From Bdellovibrio sp. (lineage in GTDB: Bacteria > Bdellovibrionota > Bdellovibrionia > Bdellovibrionales > Bdellovibrionaceae), in contig JBKCUU010000097.1 in NCBI GenBank assembly GCA_046318155.1, positions 1-20,590 of the forward strand: DNA of 20,590 bases, read 5' to 3'. The position numbers and the translations under genes were made by a program. The notes under the pieces are model-generated. The model searched no databases. It had not been told where the DNA came from and saw only the letters and a program-made list of their open reading frames with translations. Position 1 is the first letter of the stretch, and the number at the start of each line of letters is the position of its first letter. Shown in pieces: positions 8,425 to 16,123 of this stretch.

Positions 8425-9961
8425 CAGTGTCCTCTTTCTCTGTCAGTTCTTGTTCCAGTTTGCGTACAAGATTTTTTTGAATAAATGTCAGCTCAGCCGC
8501 TTCGTGTAAGGCTTCTTTACGGGTCTTTAGTTTTAAAAACGGGTTTTCGTCTCCGACATGCATAGACTCAACCAAACGGTTAAAAAAATCAGCTCGCGGC
8601 CACAACACACGAAGACTTTCGGTGAGCAATCGCATTTGTGCGTCCGAACTATCTTGCCTCTGACCCGCATTCAATGATTTGAGATCCTTCCAAATTAGAA
8701 AGCTAAGATCCTCGAGTATCACTTCGGTCTTTTGGACTTTTACCTTTAAGATCTCGATCCAGGATCGGCCTGACTTGCGACAAATTATTTGCTGACTCAT
8801 CAAGCGGGCAGCACTGCCGTAGGGGGCTACGTTTTGCTCGTGATCACGATTCAGATAAAACTCCCAAACCAGCTGGGCCCAGGCTTGATCCTGCCCTTGG
8901 CCCATCTCACTTAAAAGTGTGCGGCCAGTGGGCCCGGGCAGAACTCCAAAGGCGCGTAGATTGGATGCTCTATTTGATTTTACTCCGTGTCCCATCATTG
9001 ATTCCACCTCGCTCAAGACGTCTTCGGGTTTTAGAGATTCAGCACACAAGTGACTGCGTTGATCGCAGGCTTTGGCATGTCGGCAAGGCGAGCAGTCGAC
9101 TTCGGGCCAAAGCACTCTTGCCAAGTGCTGCTGAGGCCCCGTCTTGAAGGGATCTGCCGACCCCAGGTAAAGTCCCAGGACAGGCGTTCGAGTCAATGCC
9201 GCCAAGTGAATAATTGCGGTATCACCCGAGATCACCAGCTTGGCCTTGGTTAAAGTATCGCGGAGATCGGCGAGACCTAAGACTTCAATGCGATAAGCAT
9301 AAAATTCAGTCTTTAGTTTTTCGAGCTCGAAGGGCGCACACAGGATGCGCACGTCCTCACCGAGATCACGAATTCTGGCGGCGACCTCGAGCCACTGAAC
9401 TTGTGGCCAATTCTTCTTTTCGTCGCTCGTAAAAATTTGTAAATAAGTGGGACCATGTCGATGCTGGTCCGCCTTCATCAAGGCCGCACGAGAAACCCCG
9501 AGTGACATTTGAACGGCGTCCATCCAATGAAAACTGGGACGACGAGACGGTCCCCAAACTTCATTCAGGTAAACTTCAGCACACCGCATTTTGACGGCCT
9601 GCCCCTGCTCAAAACGGCAGCCTGTTTTTTTGGGGGCCTCGAGCAAATCAATTAAGCGCGCAGACAAAAAATTGTGTGTCCAATTTTGAATCTCGCTGTA
9701 GCCTTCTTGATTCAGACCGGAGCAAAAGTTTTGCAATGTCTCAAATGCAGCAAGCGTATTTGCTTGGCTCGATGTCAAAAGATCTTGCAACTGTTGGCGG
9801 GGAAAAAATCTGTACTCAAATTCTGGAAATATTGCAGCCGCCTCACGAAGACTCTCATTGAGAAGAACATGGACCTGAGTTGTTTCGCTCAGTTGACGCA
9901 GCAATTGGATTTGCTGAAAGAAATCGCCCATTCTTAAAAGAGAAACAACGAGCGTCTTCAC
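8408..9961 (-). CDS. Glycosyltransferase family 9 with Cys4 motif and C-terminal helical extension
   Basis: LVVSLLRMGD, KKNWP, VISGDTAIIHLAALTRTPVLGLY, CSPCRHAKACDQRSHLC; GTG start overlapping the upstream TGA. Confidence 0.9.
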   Translation of the reverse strand: MKTLVVSLLRMGDFFQQIQLLRQLSETTQVHVLLNESLREAAAIFPEFEYRFFPRQQLQDLLTSSQANTLAAFETLQNFCSGLNQEGYSEIQNWTHNFLSARLIDLLEAPKKTGCRFEQGQAVKMRCAEVYLNEVWGPSRRPSFHWMDAVQMSLGVSRAALMKADQHRHGPTYLQIFTSDEKKNWPQVQWLEVAARIRDLGEDVRILCAPFELEKLKTEFYAYRIEVLGLADLRDTLTKAKLVISGDTAIIHLAALTRTPVLGLYLGSADPFKTGPQQHLARVLWPEVDCSPCRHAKACDQRSHLCAESLKPEDVLSEVESMMGHGVKSNRASNLRAFGVLPGPTGRTLLSEMGQGQDQAWAQLVWEFYLNRDHEQNVAPYGSAARLMSQQIICRKSGRSWIEILKVKVQKTEVILEDLSFLIWKDLKSLNAGQRQDSSDAQMRLLTESLRVLWPRADFFNRLVESMHVGDENPFLKLKTRKEALHEAAELTFIQKNLVRKLEQELTEKEDTDGARA

Positions 9962-10587
9962 TTCACCAGCTCCCGCAAGACACTCAAAAGCTTTTCGTCA
10001 GTGCTCGCCGGACCTAGCTGAGAGCCCTCATGACCGTGCCAGCTCGCCTCGGCCTGACTTAAACTTTTTAAGTTTACGGCAATCCCGGATGGGATCTTTG
10101 AAGCTTTTGCCTTAAGACCCAAGAGCCCTGCTCGGTTACAAGCTTGGCTAAAAACCTCAGGATTTTGACACAAGAGAATGTCGTAAATTTCAAGATCTAT
10201 TTCGGTACAAGCCGAACGAAAACAAAAGATCGGTCCTTTAACTACTGTGAAGCGAGCCCACTCCAAAGCCTCTGCACCTTGATGCAATTGCACATTGGAT
10301 TCACACAAGTCAGCCCAACCTTGACGGATTTCTAAAGGCGCGGCAAAAAAGTCAATCGCGTGGCTGTCGAAGATAAGTAGACGTGCTCCTGGCAAACGCT
10401 TGCGGACCTCGAGCAGGTGTTGACCCGCTCCAACTCCCACAATCCCAATCTCGGTTTCTCGTCCCGTGAGCCTCAGCGAATCTGCCCATTTCTGCGCCTC
10501 TGAGAGCGGATCTCGAGACGAACAAAGGGCTCGTCCATCACGACGTGCCCAAACAAACGATTGATCGTTCAGTATCCACTCAGTCAA
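9958..10587 (-). CDS. Stand-alone protein resembling the N-terminal region of Maf (motility-associated factor) flagellin glycosyltransferases
   Basis: LCSSRDPLSEAQKWA followed by Rossmann IGIVGVGAGQHL..LLIFD resembles the 'S.ydP..EA ... vxGxGlGyh' Maf N-terminus. TTG start with AGGAG RBS overlapping the TPR stop. Confidence 0.65.
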   Translation of the reverse strand: MTEWILNDQSFVWARRDGRALCSSRDPLSEAQKWADSLRLTGRETEIGIVGVGAGQHLLEVRKRLPGARLLIFDSHAIDFFAAPLEIRQGWADLCESNVQLHQGAEALEWARFTVVKGPIFCFRSACTEIDLEIYDILLCQNPEVFSQACNRAGLLGLKAKASKIPSGIAVNLKSLSQAEASWHGHEGSQLGPASTDEKLLSVLRELVK

Positions 10588-11708
10588 TTTTGCTCCTGAA
10601 GTTCGTGAATACGAGTTTTAAGTTCGACAAGATCTTCACGGCCAGGAGCCCAGCACAAGGCCCGTTCAAGTTCAATTTCGGCCATCGAGTATTTTCGCTC
10701 TTGACAAAACAGGTGAATCAGAACGAGTGACATCTCGACGTCTGATTCTTGAGTCGCCAGGTAATCTTGCATTCGAGAAACGGCACCCGAAACGCTGCCG
10801 TGATTGAATGACCAGCTCGCCATCAAGTGAACCGCCGTACGATTGGCTGGCGCAATATCCAACGCATTTTCAAGTGTCGCTTGAGCCAAGTGGCTATCAC
10901 CGACTTGTTGGTAGCAAAGACCCAAACCGACCCACGCTTTATCATTCAGGGGGTTGATTTCGAGTGCGTTTCTAAAGCGCTCCATCGCGCGACCCCAGTC
11001 TTGCTGTTGAACCGAAAGCGTTCCCAAGTTGACTTGCAAAACATCTGAATCGGGATTTAGCGTGAACGCCTTGTGATAAAATTCTTCGGCCGATTCGAAA
11101 TCAGCTTTGCGGACGTAAATATTGCCCATTTGTTTAAAGACTTCGAACAAAGACTCGCCCTCATCTGAAACGCGCATGTTTGCTTCAAAAAAAGCTTCCA
11201 GCGCGCCATCAAGGTCACCTGAATCAACGAGTATTTTTCCATAGTCACAAAAATTTTGAAAGCTGGGTTCAATATCAACGAGTGCCTCGTGCAGAGCTTT
11301 GCATTGAGAAACCTCCCACTCTTGATTGCCCAGGCAGCGAATCATCTTACGGATCGCTTCGGGATTGCGTGAGTCCAAGAACAAGGCCTGACGAATGAGG
11401 TGGGCTGCTGCCGACTTCTCGTTATTTCTTAAAAGCACTTCAGCATTAACAAGCAAAGTTGCCAGGTCCGGGCGACCACCATTGTCTTTGGCCGCGACGG
11501 GTGGACGAGCAACACTCGCGGTCCTTGCCTGCAGAGCACTCTTTTGCCGCTGATGTTCTTGATCAAAAGCAAAGATGGCCTTGGCCCGCTCTGTGGGATT
11601 TTCAGGTCGAATCAGAAACTTCTCTTGGCACTTTGTGGACTGAACCGCCTCGGGTGTTTCTCGAAGATTGAATCGGTTCGACTGAAGTCCTGAATTGAAT
11701 TCTTGCAT
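10584..11708 (-). CDS. Tetratricopeptide repeat (TPR) protein
   Basis: Multiple TPRs (e.g. MGNIYVRKADFESAEEFYHKAFTLNP, AWVGLGLCYQQVGD..A...LENALDIAP). Start re-assigned to ATG 11708 (MQEFN...) downstream of the GAAGGAG RBS and the sigma54 site. Confidence 0.9.
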   Translation of the reverse strand: MQEFNSGLQSNRFNLRETPEAVQSTKCQEKFLIRPENPTERAKAIFAFDQEHQRQKSALQARTASVARPPVAAKDNGGRPDLATLLVNAEVLLRNNEKSAAAHLIRQALFLDSRNPEAIRKMIRCLGNQEWEVSQCKALHEALVDIEPSFQNFCDYGKILVDSGDLDGALEAFFEANMRVSDEGESLFEVFKQMGNIYVRKADFESAEEFYHKAFTLNPDSDVLQVNLGTLSVQQQDWGRAMERFRNALEINPLNDKAWVGLGLCYQQVGDSHLAQATLENALDIAPANRTAVHLMASWSFNHGSVSGAVSRMQDYLATQESDVEMSLVLIHLFCQERKYSMAEIELERALCWAPGREDLVELKTRIHELQEQN

Positions 11709-11748
11709 GCGTATTGTGACTCCTTCACGAGTGTGCAATTCGTGAAAG

Positions 11749-11764
11749 AGCAACCATGATGCCA
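11749..11764 (-). promoter_or_regulatory. Sigma54 (-24/-12) promoter of the TPR-GT9 operon
   Basis: Minus strand TGGCATCATGGTTGCT = TGGCA-N6-TTGCW with exact GG-N10-GC spacing, 40 nt upstream of ATG 11708. Confidence 0.8.
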
Positions 11765-11818
11765 TCAGCAAAATTCGGCGAGCGAGAAAATAGACGGCGT
11801 TCAGTTGCACCGTTGGCG

Positions 11819-11855
11819 AAAGCTTGACGAATTTTAGAAAAAACCGTCAAGCTTT
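11819..11855. repeat. Perfect 11-bp inverted repeat (candidate activator-binding site or terminator)
   Basis: AAAGCTTGACG-N15-CGTCAAGCTTT with an AT-rich spacer. Confidence 0.6.
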
Positions 11856-11879
11856 TGACTCAAGAGGCAAGTCCCCTCG

Positions 11880-13037
11880 CTAAAGGGCTAGCTTTTTGAG
11901 CTCGCTCAGCTTTTGCTGAACATCGCCGGGGATCGATGTCCCGCCACTGCCGGTGAATCCTTGACGAACCGAGATCTCGAGTCCCTCAAAGCAACGCTTT
12001 GACCACGGGCTATGAGGAACCTGACGCACGCAGGCCTCGTAATAATCTTCATGCATGGATGAAATTGCGAGGTCGTGGACCGACTCATAAGTCTGGGCCA
12101 TGAGAAACAATGCCTCACCTCGGCGCTCTTCTTTTTTCTCGGCGCCCAAGAGGGGGCCTAACAAGGCTTGTGCGCGCATCATTTCGATATCGCCAGCACG
12201 GTCATCACGGCTTTTTTGTGTTTCTTGGGCTTGCTTTACGAGTTCACGGCTTTTCTTCAGGGGATCGCGTGTTGGTTTCTCTTTTTTCCACTGCTGCAAG
12301 CTTGATCTCCAAAGACGCGCATTTGCCTTGAGATAGTAAGGGACATCTTTGGCGTTTAGAATATCATTCACGACCATTAGCGCGTTATCCGGGTTGGCTT
12401 GATAACGAACGGTAATCTGAAGAGCGAGCTGCGCCGCTTTGTCGAGATCAAAAACCGTCGTTCCTTCTTTCACGCCATTTTTGAGGATTGTGTCAAACTC
12501 TTTGAGGGCCGCATCATACTGCCGGGTTGCCAGCAGGTACTCGGCTCGGTCAAGAGGACCTAAGCTTGTCAGCACTTGCTGAAACTCATTGTTTTGAAAG
12601 CTGGGACCTGAGTTTGTTCGAGTGTGGCACTCGATGCAGTAGCCACCGGTCGAAATCAAATTGGATCTGGCATAGTCGAACTTGCCTTGATCAAACGCTT
12701 CGCGCGAGCGGCGAATATCGTCATGAAAGCCCCGCGAGAGCAGATCCAAAGTTGGATCTTGGTTTTTCATAGCCCCGGAGTGAGTCACATTTTGCGAAAT
12801 GCGTTCAAGCGTACGAAGGCGAGCGGCGATATTGGCCTTGTTCTCGGGCGCCTTAAAGGCACGAGCTTCAACCAGCAACGGTAGCATTTGATCCATCTGC
12901 AATTTTAAACTTTGCATCGAGGCCGGCAAATTGGGATCAGCCTCGGTCCCAGATTCAGGTTTCGCTGTCGGGCTTTGACACGCGCTCAACAACAAGAATC
13001 CAGCTAATGTCATCAAAACAATAATATTTTTTTTCAT
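11880..13037 (-). CDS. Lipoprotein with single CxxCH heme motif (cytochrome c'-like helical domain) followed by TPR-like helices
   Basis: MKK + hydrophobic core + lipobox LLSA|C; GYCIECHT (12624-12638) at the end of a helical domain; C-terminal helical repeats with two further Cys. Confidence 0.8.
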   Translation of the reverse strand: MKKNIIVLMTLAGFLLLSACQSPTAKPESGTEADPNLPASMQSLKLQMDQMLPLLVEARAFKAPENKANIAARLRTLERISQNVTHSGAMKNQDPTLDLLSRGFHDDIRRSREAFDQGKFDYARSNLISTGGYCIECHTRTNSGPSFQNNEFQQVLTSLGPLDRAEYLLATRQYDAALKEFDTILKNGVKEGTTVFDLDKAAQLALQITVRYQANPDNALMVVNDILNAKDVPYYLKANARLWRSSLQQWKKEKPTRDPLKKSRELVKQAQETQKSRDDRAGDIEMMRAQALLGPLLGAEKKEERRGEALFLMAQTYESVHDLAISSMHEDYYEACVRQVPHSPWSKRCFEGLEISVRQGFTGSGGTSIPGDVQQKLSELKKLAL

Positions 13038-13046
13038 AGTTCCAAC

Positions 13047-13075
13047 AGTGTGAACAAAACCAGACTAAATTGCAA
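13047..13075 (-). promoter_or_regulatory. Possible sigma70-type promoter giving a near-leaderless cytochrome mRNA
   Basis: TTGCAA-N17-CACACT ends 9 nt before the ATG; no strong SD. Confidence 0.4.
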
Positions 13076-13123
13076 AAGATTAAGTTTGTGTTTTAAAAGA
13101 TTGAAGGGTTTGTATGTAAGTCT

Positions 13124-13150
13124 AAAAAGGCGAACCCATGGGTCGCCTTT
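13124..13150 (-). terminator. Rho-independent terminator after fliD-fliS-fliT-like genes
   Basis: Minus strand AAAGGCGA-CCCATGGGT-TCGCCTTTTT hairpin with a T run. Confidence 0.75.
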
Positions 13151-13184
13151 GAGAAAAACAAGACGAGAAGAAGAGCCGCGGCCG

Positions 13185-13604
13185 TTAAGCTTCTTCGTCG
13201 AGCCGGTAATCTTTAAGATTAGCCTTGTAGCCACTGACCGCCCGCTTCGTTTTTCGGATATCCTGTAATTCACGAATGATATTTGATTTCGCGGTCTCGA
13301 TGCACGACAAGATTTCGAGGTCCTGCGACAAGATACGATTCACGTATTCGTCTTTCACCGCGAGCGCCTCTCGCAAATCACGGCGATTTTCAACCGATAC
13401 CTGGTGCGTCACTAGATTTTGCGCTTTATCGAGTTCTTGATCGAGGTATTTGACCATCTTAAGAATTTTCTCCCGAGTCTGGTAAAAATCTTCGAGCTGA
13501 TCGAAGTTCCCGGTCGAAAAATCAAGCAACGCATTCTCATTCAGAGAGTAAAACTTCTCGAGATAATGGTTCTTCTGGTTTAACAATGTGATGATTCTTA
13601 ACAT
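13185..13604 (-). CDS. FliT/FlgN-like flagellar export chaperone
   Basis: Small all-helical protein (NFDQLEDFYQTREKILK) directly downstream of fliS; AGGAGG RBS. The call rests mainly on position. Confidence 0.6.
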   Translation of the reverse strand: MLRIITLLNQKNHYLEKFYSLNENALLDFSTGNFDQLEDFYQTREKILKMVKYLDQELDKAQNLVTHQVSVENRRDLREALAVKDEYVNRILSQDLEILSCIETAKSNIIRELQDIRKTKRAVSGYKANLKDYRLDEEA

Positions 13605-13612
13605 CTTTCCTC

Positions 13613-14005
13613 CTAAGCCGCACCTTCATTATTTTTTTTCAACTTATCGACTGCACCCTTCCAGCCCTCGAACAAAGTATCCAGAACCTTGAGCGCATTC
13701 TTCAAGGGCTCAGGGTTACCGGTGAGGTTGGCCTGCGTGTACTGATCGGTAATAAACATATAAAGCTGTTCGAGCTGACGCGAAATATCGCCGCCCACAT
13801 TATGATCAAGAGTATTATTGAGTTCCATCACGATATCGTAAGCTCTGCCTAAGTTCATGCAACGGTCATGCACATTTTTTTCTTCGGCTGCACGAATCGC
13901 AAGTTTGGTAAACTTAATTGCGCCTTCGTACATCATCAACAAAAGCCGTTCACGGCTGGCGCTAACGACCTGGGTCTGCTTGTACTTCTGATATGGATTA
14001 CTCAT
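13613..14005 (-). CDS. fliS: Flagellin export chaperone FliS
   Basis: YQKY..TQVVSASRERLLLMMYEGAIKF, AYDIVMELNNTLD...GGDISRQLEQLYMFI, LFEGW. Confidence 0.96.
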   Translation of the reverse strand: MSNPYQKYKQTQVVSASRERLLLMMYEGAIKFTKLAIRAAEEKNVHDRCMNLGRAYDIVMELNNTLDHNVGGDISRQLEQLYMFITDQYTQANLTGNPEPLKNALKVLDTLFEGWKGAVDKLKKNNEGAA

Positions 14006-14019
14006 GTGTCCCTACTCCC

Positions 14020-15402
14020 TTACCCTTGTTGAGGCGCCTTTTGCGCCATTCCACCAAGTGCAGCCCCTTGCGACTGCAGCTTGGACATTTTGGTTTCTAG
14101 GTCCGCGAACTTACGTCTTAAACTTTCTTCTTTTTTAACAAGCTCAACTTCCTTGCGCTCAATCCGCTGATCCGCTGACTTGATCCGCTGCTGAATCCCT
14201 CGTTTACGAACCGAGAGAGGGCCGTAAGCGGCGTTGGTAATATTGCCTATCTCACGGCGAATCGAGGGCACAAAACCCGTCGAGAAGTTATCGCCTCGCA
14301 AGAATTGACCAACCGCTTGGGGATCCGAAGTGAGGGCTTTGTTAAATTTATCTTGGCTAAAATTTAAAGTTCCGTTTCGATTGAACTCGATGCCCAATTC
14401 ATTGGCGCGCTGCACGGTGCTGCCCGTTCCCATCTGTGGATTCTGAATCGTCCGGCGAAGCGCATTCTCCACCGTTCGAAGCATTCCATCGCCGCCCATT
14501 GGCCCTAAGCGCTCACGGCCCGCACGGTCTTTTTGCAACTTGGCCTGACCTTGAATCCAACCAAGTGCTCCGTTGTAAGCATCAACGAAAGTTTTGATTT
14601 TTCCGCTGATCACTTCATAATCTTCTTTGACCGTGACGGCGATACCTTTGCCGGGTGCGGCCTGCTTGAGCTCTAAGTTAACTCCCGGAATAACATCTTT
14701 GGCGGTGTTGTCTGGAAGCTCAATTTCAAAGCCATCGAGTTTGATCTTTGCATTTTGTGCGGGATGCGATTTATCAAAATGAAAATCTTGATCGCCATCG
14801 AGCAGATAAACCGTGGGAAACTCGATTTGCTTATCATCGCCCGTCGCAAGGCCAGTGATCATCAGCTTAAAAGGATTTTCTTTGTCGGCACGGTCATTCA
14901 GTATTGAGGCGCGCACGCCAAAGTTGGTTCGATTGATCGCATTGGCAACGCCATCAAGCGTCGCCCCTTTTTCGCCACTGCCGACATAAACTTCTTTAAC
15001 TCCATCAGGAGTATTGAATTTGAGATAACCAACGCCAATCTCGGCTTTGTCTTTATCTGGAAATCCATTCGAGATGGCGCCAGGCTTTTGCGCCAACTGC
15101 AAAACTTCGACTTGCCAGCTGCCAGGTACGGCGGTCTCGGGATCGACAACTCCATTCAGAATATTAGGATCTCCCGAAATCAGTTTGTTGTTTTGAAAAC
15201 CGCGTGTCCCGACAAGCTCAGAGAGTGACTTAGGGATTTCAGAAATTTTTGATTCAAGATCAGAAACGAGTTTGAGCTTGTCTTCGTCCATGGCTTTCTT
15301 ATCTGTCATCTGCTTCACGGGCATGCGTTCAGCTTCCATGATCTGCTCGACGATATTGGGCGGTAGCCCTGATGCCATGCCTGAAAAACGAATTGCGCTC
15401 AT
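14020..15402 (-). CDS. fliD: Flagellar filament cap protein FliD
   Basis: FSGMASGLP..IVEQIMEAER, VLQLAQ, AQNAKIKLDG, IKTFVDAYN, LGIEFNRNGTL, C-terminal F..LET.MSKLQSQ. Confidence 0.95.
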   Translation of the reverse strand: MSAIRFSGMASGLPPNIVEQIMEAERMPVKQMTDKKAMDEDKLKLVSDLESKISEIPKSLSELVGTRGFQNNKLISGDPNILNGVVDPETAVPGSWQVEVLQLAQKPGAISNGFPDKDKAEIGVGYLKFNTPDGVKEVYVGSGEKGATLDGVANAINRTNFGVRASILNDRADKENPFKLMITGLATGDDKQIEFPTVYLLDGDQDFHFDKSHPAQNAKIKLDGFEIELPDNTAKDVIPGVNLELKQAAPGKGIAVTVKEDYEVISGKIKTFVDAYNGALGWIQGQAKLQKDRAGRERLGPMGGDGMLRTVENALRRTIQNPQMGTGSTVQRANELGIEFNRNGTLNFSQDKFNKALTSDPQAVGQFLRGDNFSTGFVPSIRREIGNITNAAYGPLSVRKRGIQQRIKSADQRIERKEVELVKKEESLRRKFADLETKMSKLQSQGAALGGMAQKAPQQG

Positions 15403-15554
15403 GGACTAAGCATCTCAAATTGAGCAGGAAACTGTGAGTCAATTAAATGTCTGGCCTCGACCGGGAGAACCGCGGAAATCCGGCACTTCGAGCTCAAATT
15501 AAGCCAGGATCTTGACTGGTCCTAGGGCTCAATATTTGGAATTTCAAAGGAGAA

Positions 15555-15932
15555 TCAAGCAGTTTTACGTAGCACCTGACCCTTGTCGGTTTTGCCTGCC
15601 GACTGCAAAGACCAAAGTTCAGATTCTTGAATCCGTCTTATTGTTTTGCCTTCGGCGTCCTTGAGAAGAACAAAATTTCGCCCTTCAATTTTAACGAGCT
15701 CGGCGGTCCAACTGTGTTCTTTAACCGAGGGCAGATTCTGCAAATGTTCGAGGCACTTTTGCAGTTGTTCATCAGACATGGGTCCGTGGTCTTGCTGATT
15801 CTGCTCGCCATAAGGTGTTTGTCCATTGCCGTCACGATCACTAGCCGCATCGGATTTGATCGTCCTGTCAAGACGATCAATCACTTTAGGCTCGATGGGA
15901 ATGATTCCTTTCAAGACGTTTTTGATATCCAT
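15555..15932 (-). CDS. FlaG-like protein
   Basis: Located between flagellin and fliD; VLLKDAEGKTIRRIQESEL and KGQVLRKTA resemble FlaG C-terminal motifs. Confidence 0.65.
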   Translation of the reverse strand: MDIKNVLKGIIPIEPKVIDRLDRTIKSDAASDRDGNGQTPYGEQNQQDHGPMSDEQLQKCLEHLQNLPSVKEHSWTAELVKIEGRNFVLLKDAEGKTIRRIQESELWSLQSAGKTDKGQVLRKTA

Positions 15933-15938
15933 AACTCG

Positions 15939-15965
15939 TTATCGGAAAAGTCGTTGCATCGCTGC
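15939..15965 (-). promoter_or_regulatory. Probable sigma28 promoter of flaG-like gene (leaderless)
   Basis: -10 TCCGATAA ends 6 nt before the ATG; weak -35 (GCAG) at 15-nt spacing; no SD. Confidence 0.5.
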
Positions 15966-16050
15966 ACTCGACTCGTCCATTTTAAGTCTGACGTCTAGTC
16001 ATGGGATTTCACTGATCTGAGATCGCATCTTCCAGTTTTTAGCCAAGTAC

Positions 16051-16078
16051 CCCCGAGAGAGCGTGAGCTCGCTCGGGG
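16051..16078 (-). terminator. Strong hairpin downstream of flagellin (stabiliser or atypical terminator)
   Basis: CCCCGAG-a-GAGC-gtga-GCTC-g-CTCGGGG; no U-tract on the coding strand. Confidence 0.5.
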
Positions 16079-16123
16079 TAGGTTAGTACCGGAAGAGATT
16101 AGAGGATCTCTCCTCCTCACTCA

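Noticed and set aside
11709..11810. N-terminal extension of the TPR protein
   Set aside because: It runs through the RBS and sigma54 promoter; ATG 11708 is better supported.
15491..15506. GG-N10-GC (TGGCTTAATTTGAGCT) upstream of fliD as a sigma54 promoter
   Set aside because: The -12 element GAGC deviates from TTGC; too weak to call without TSS data.
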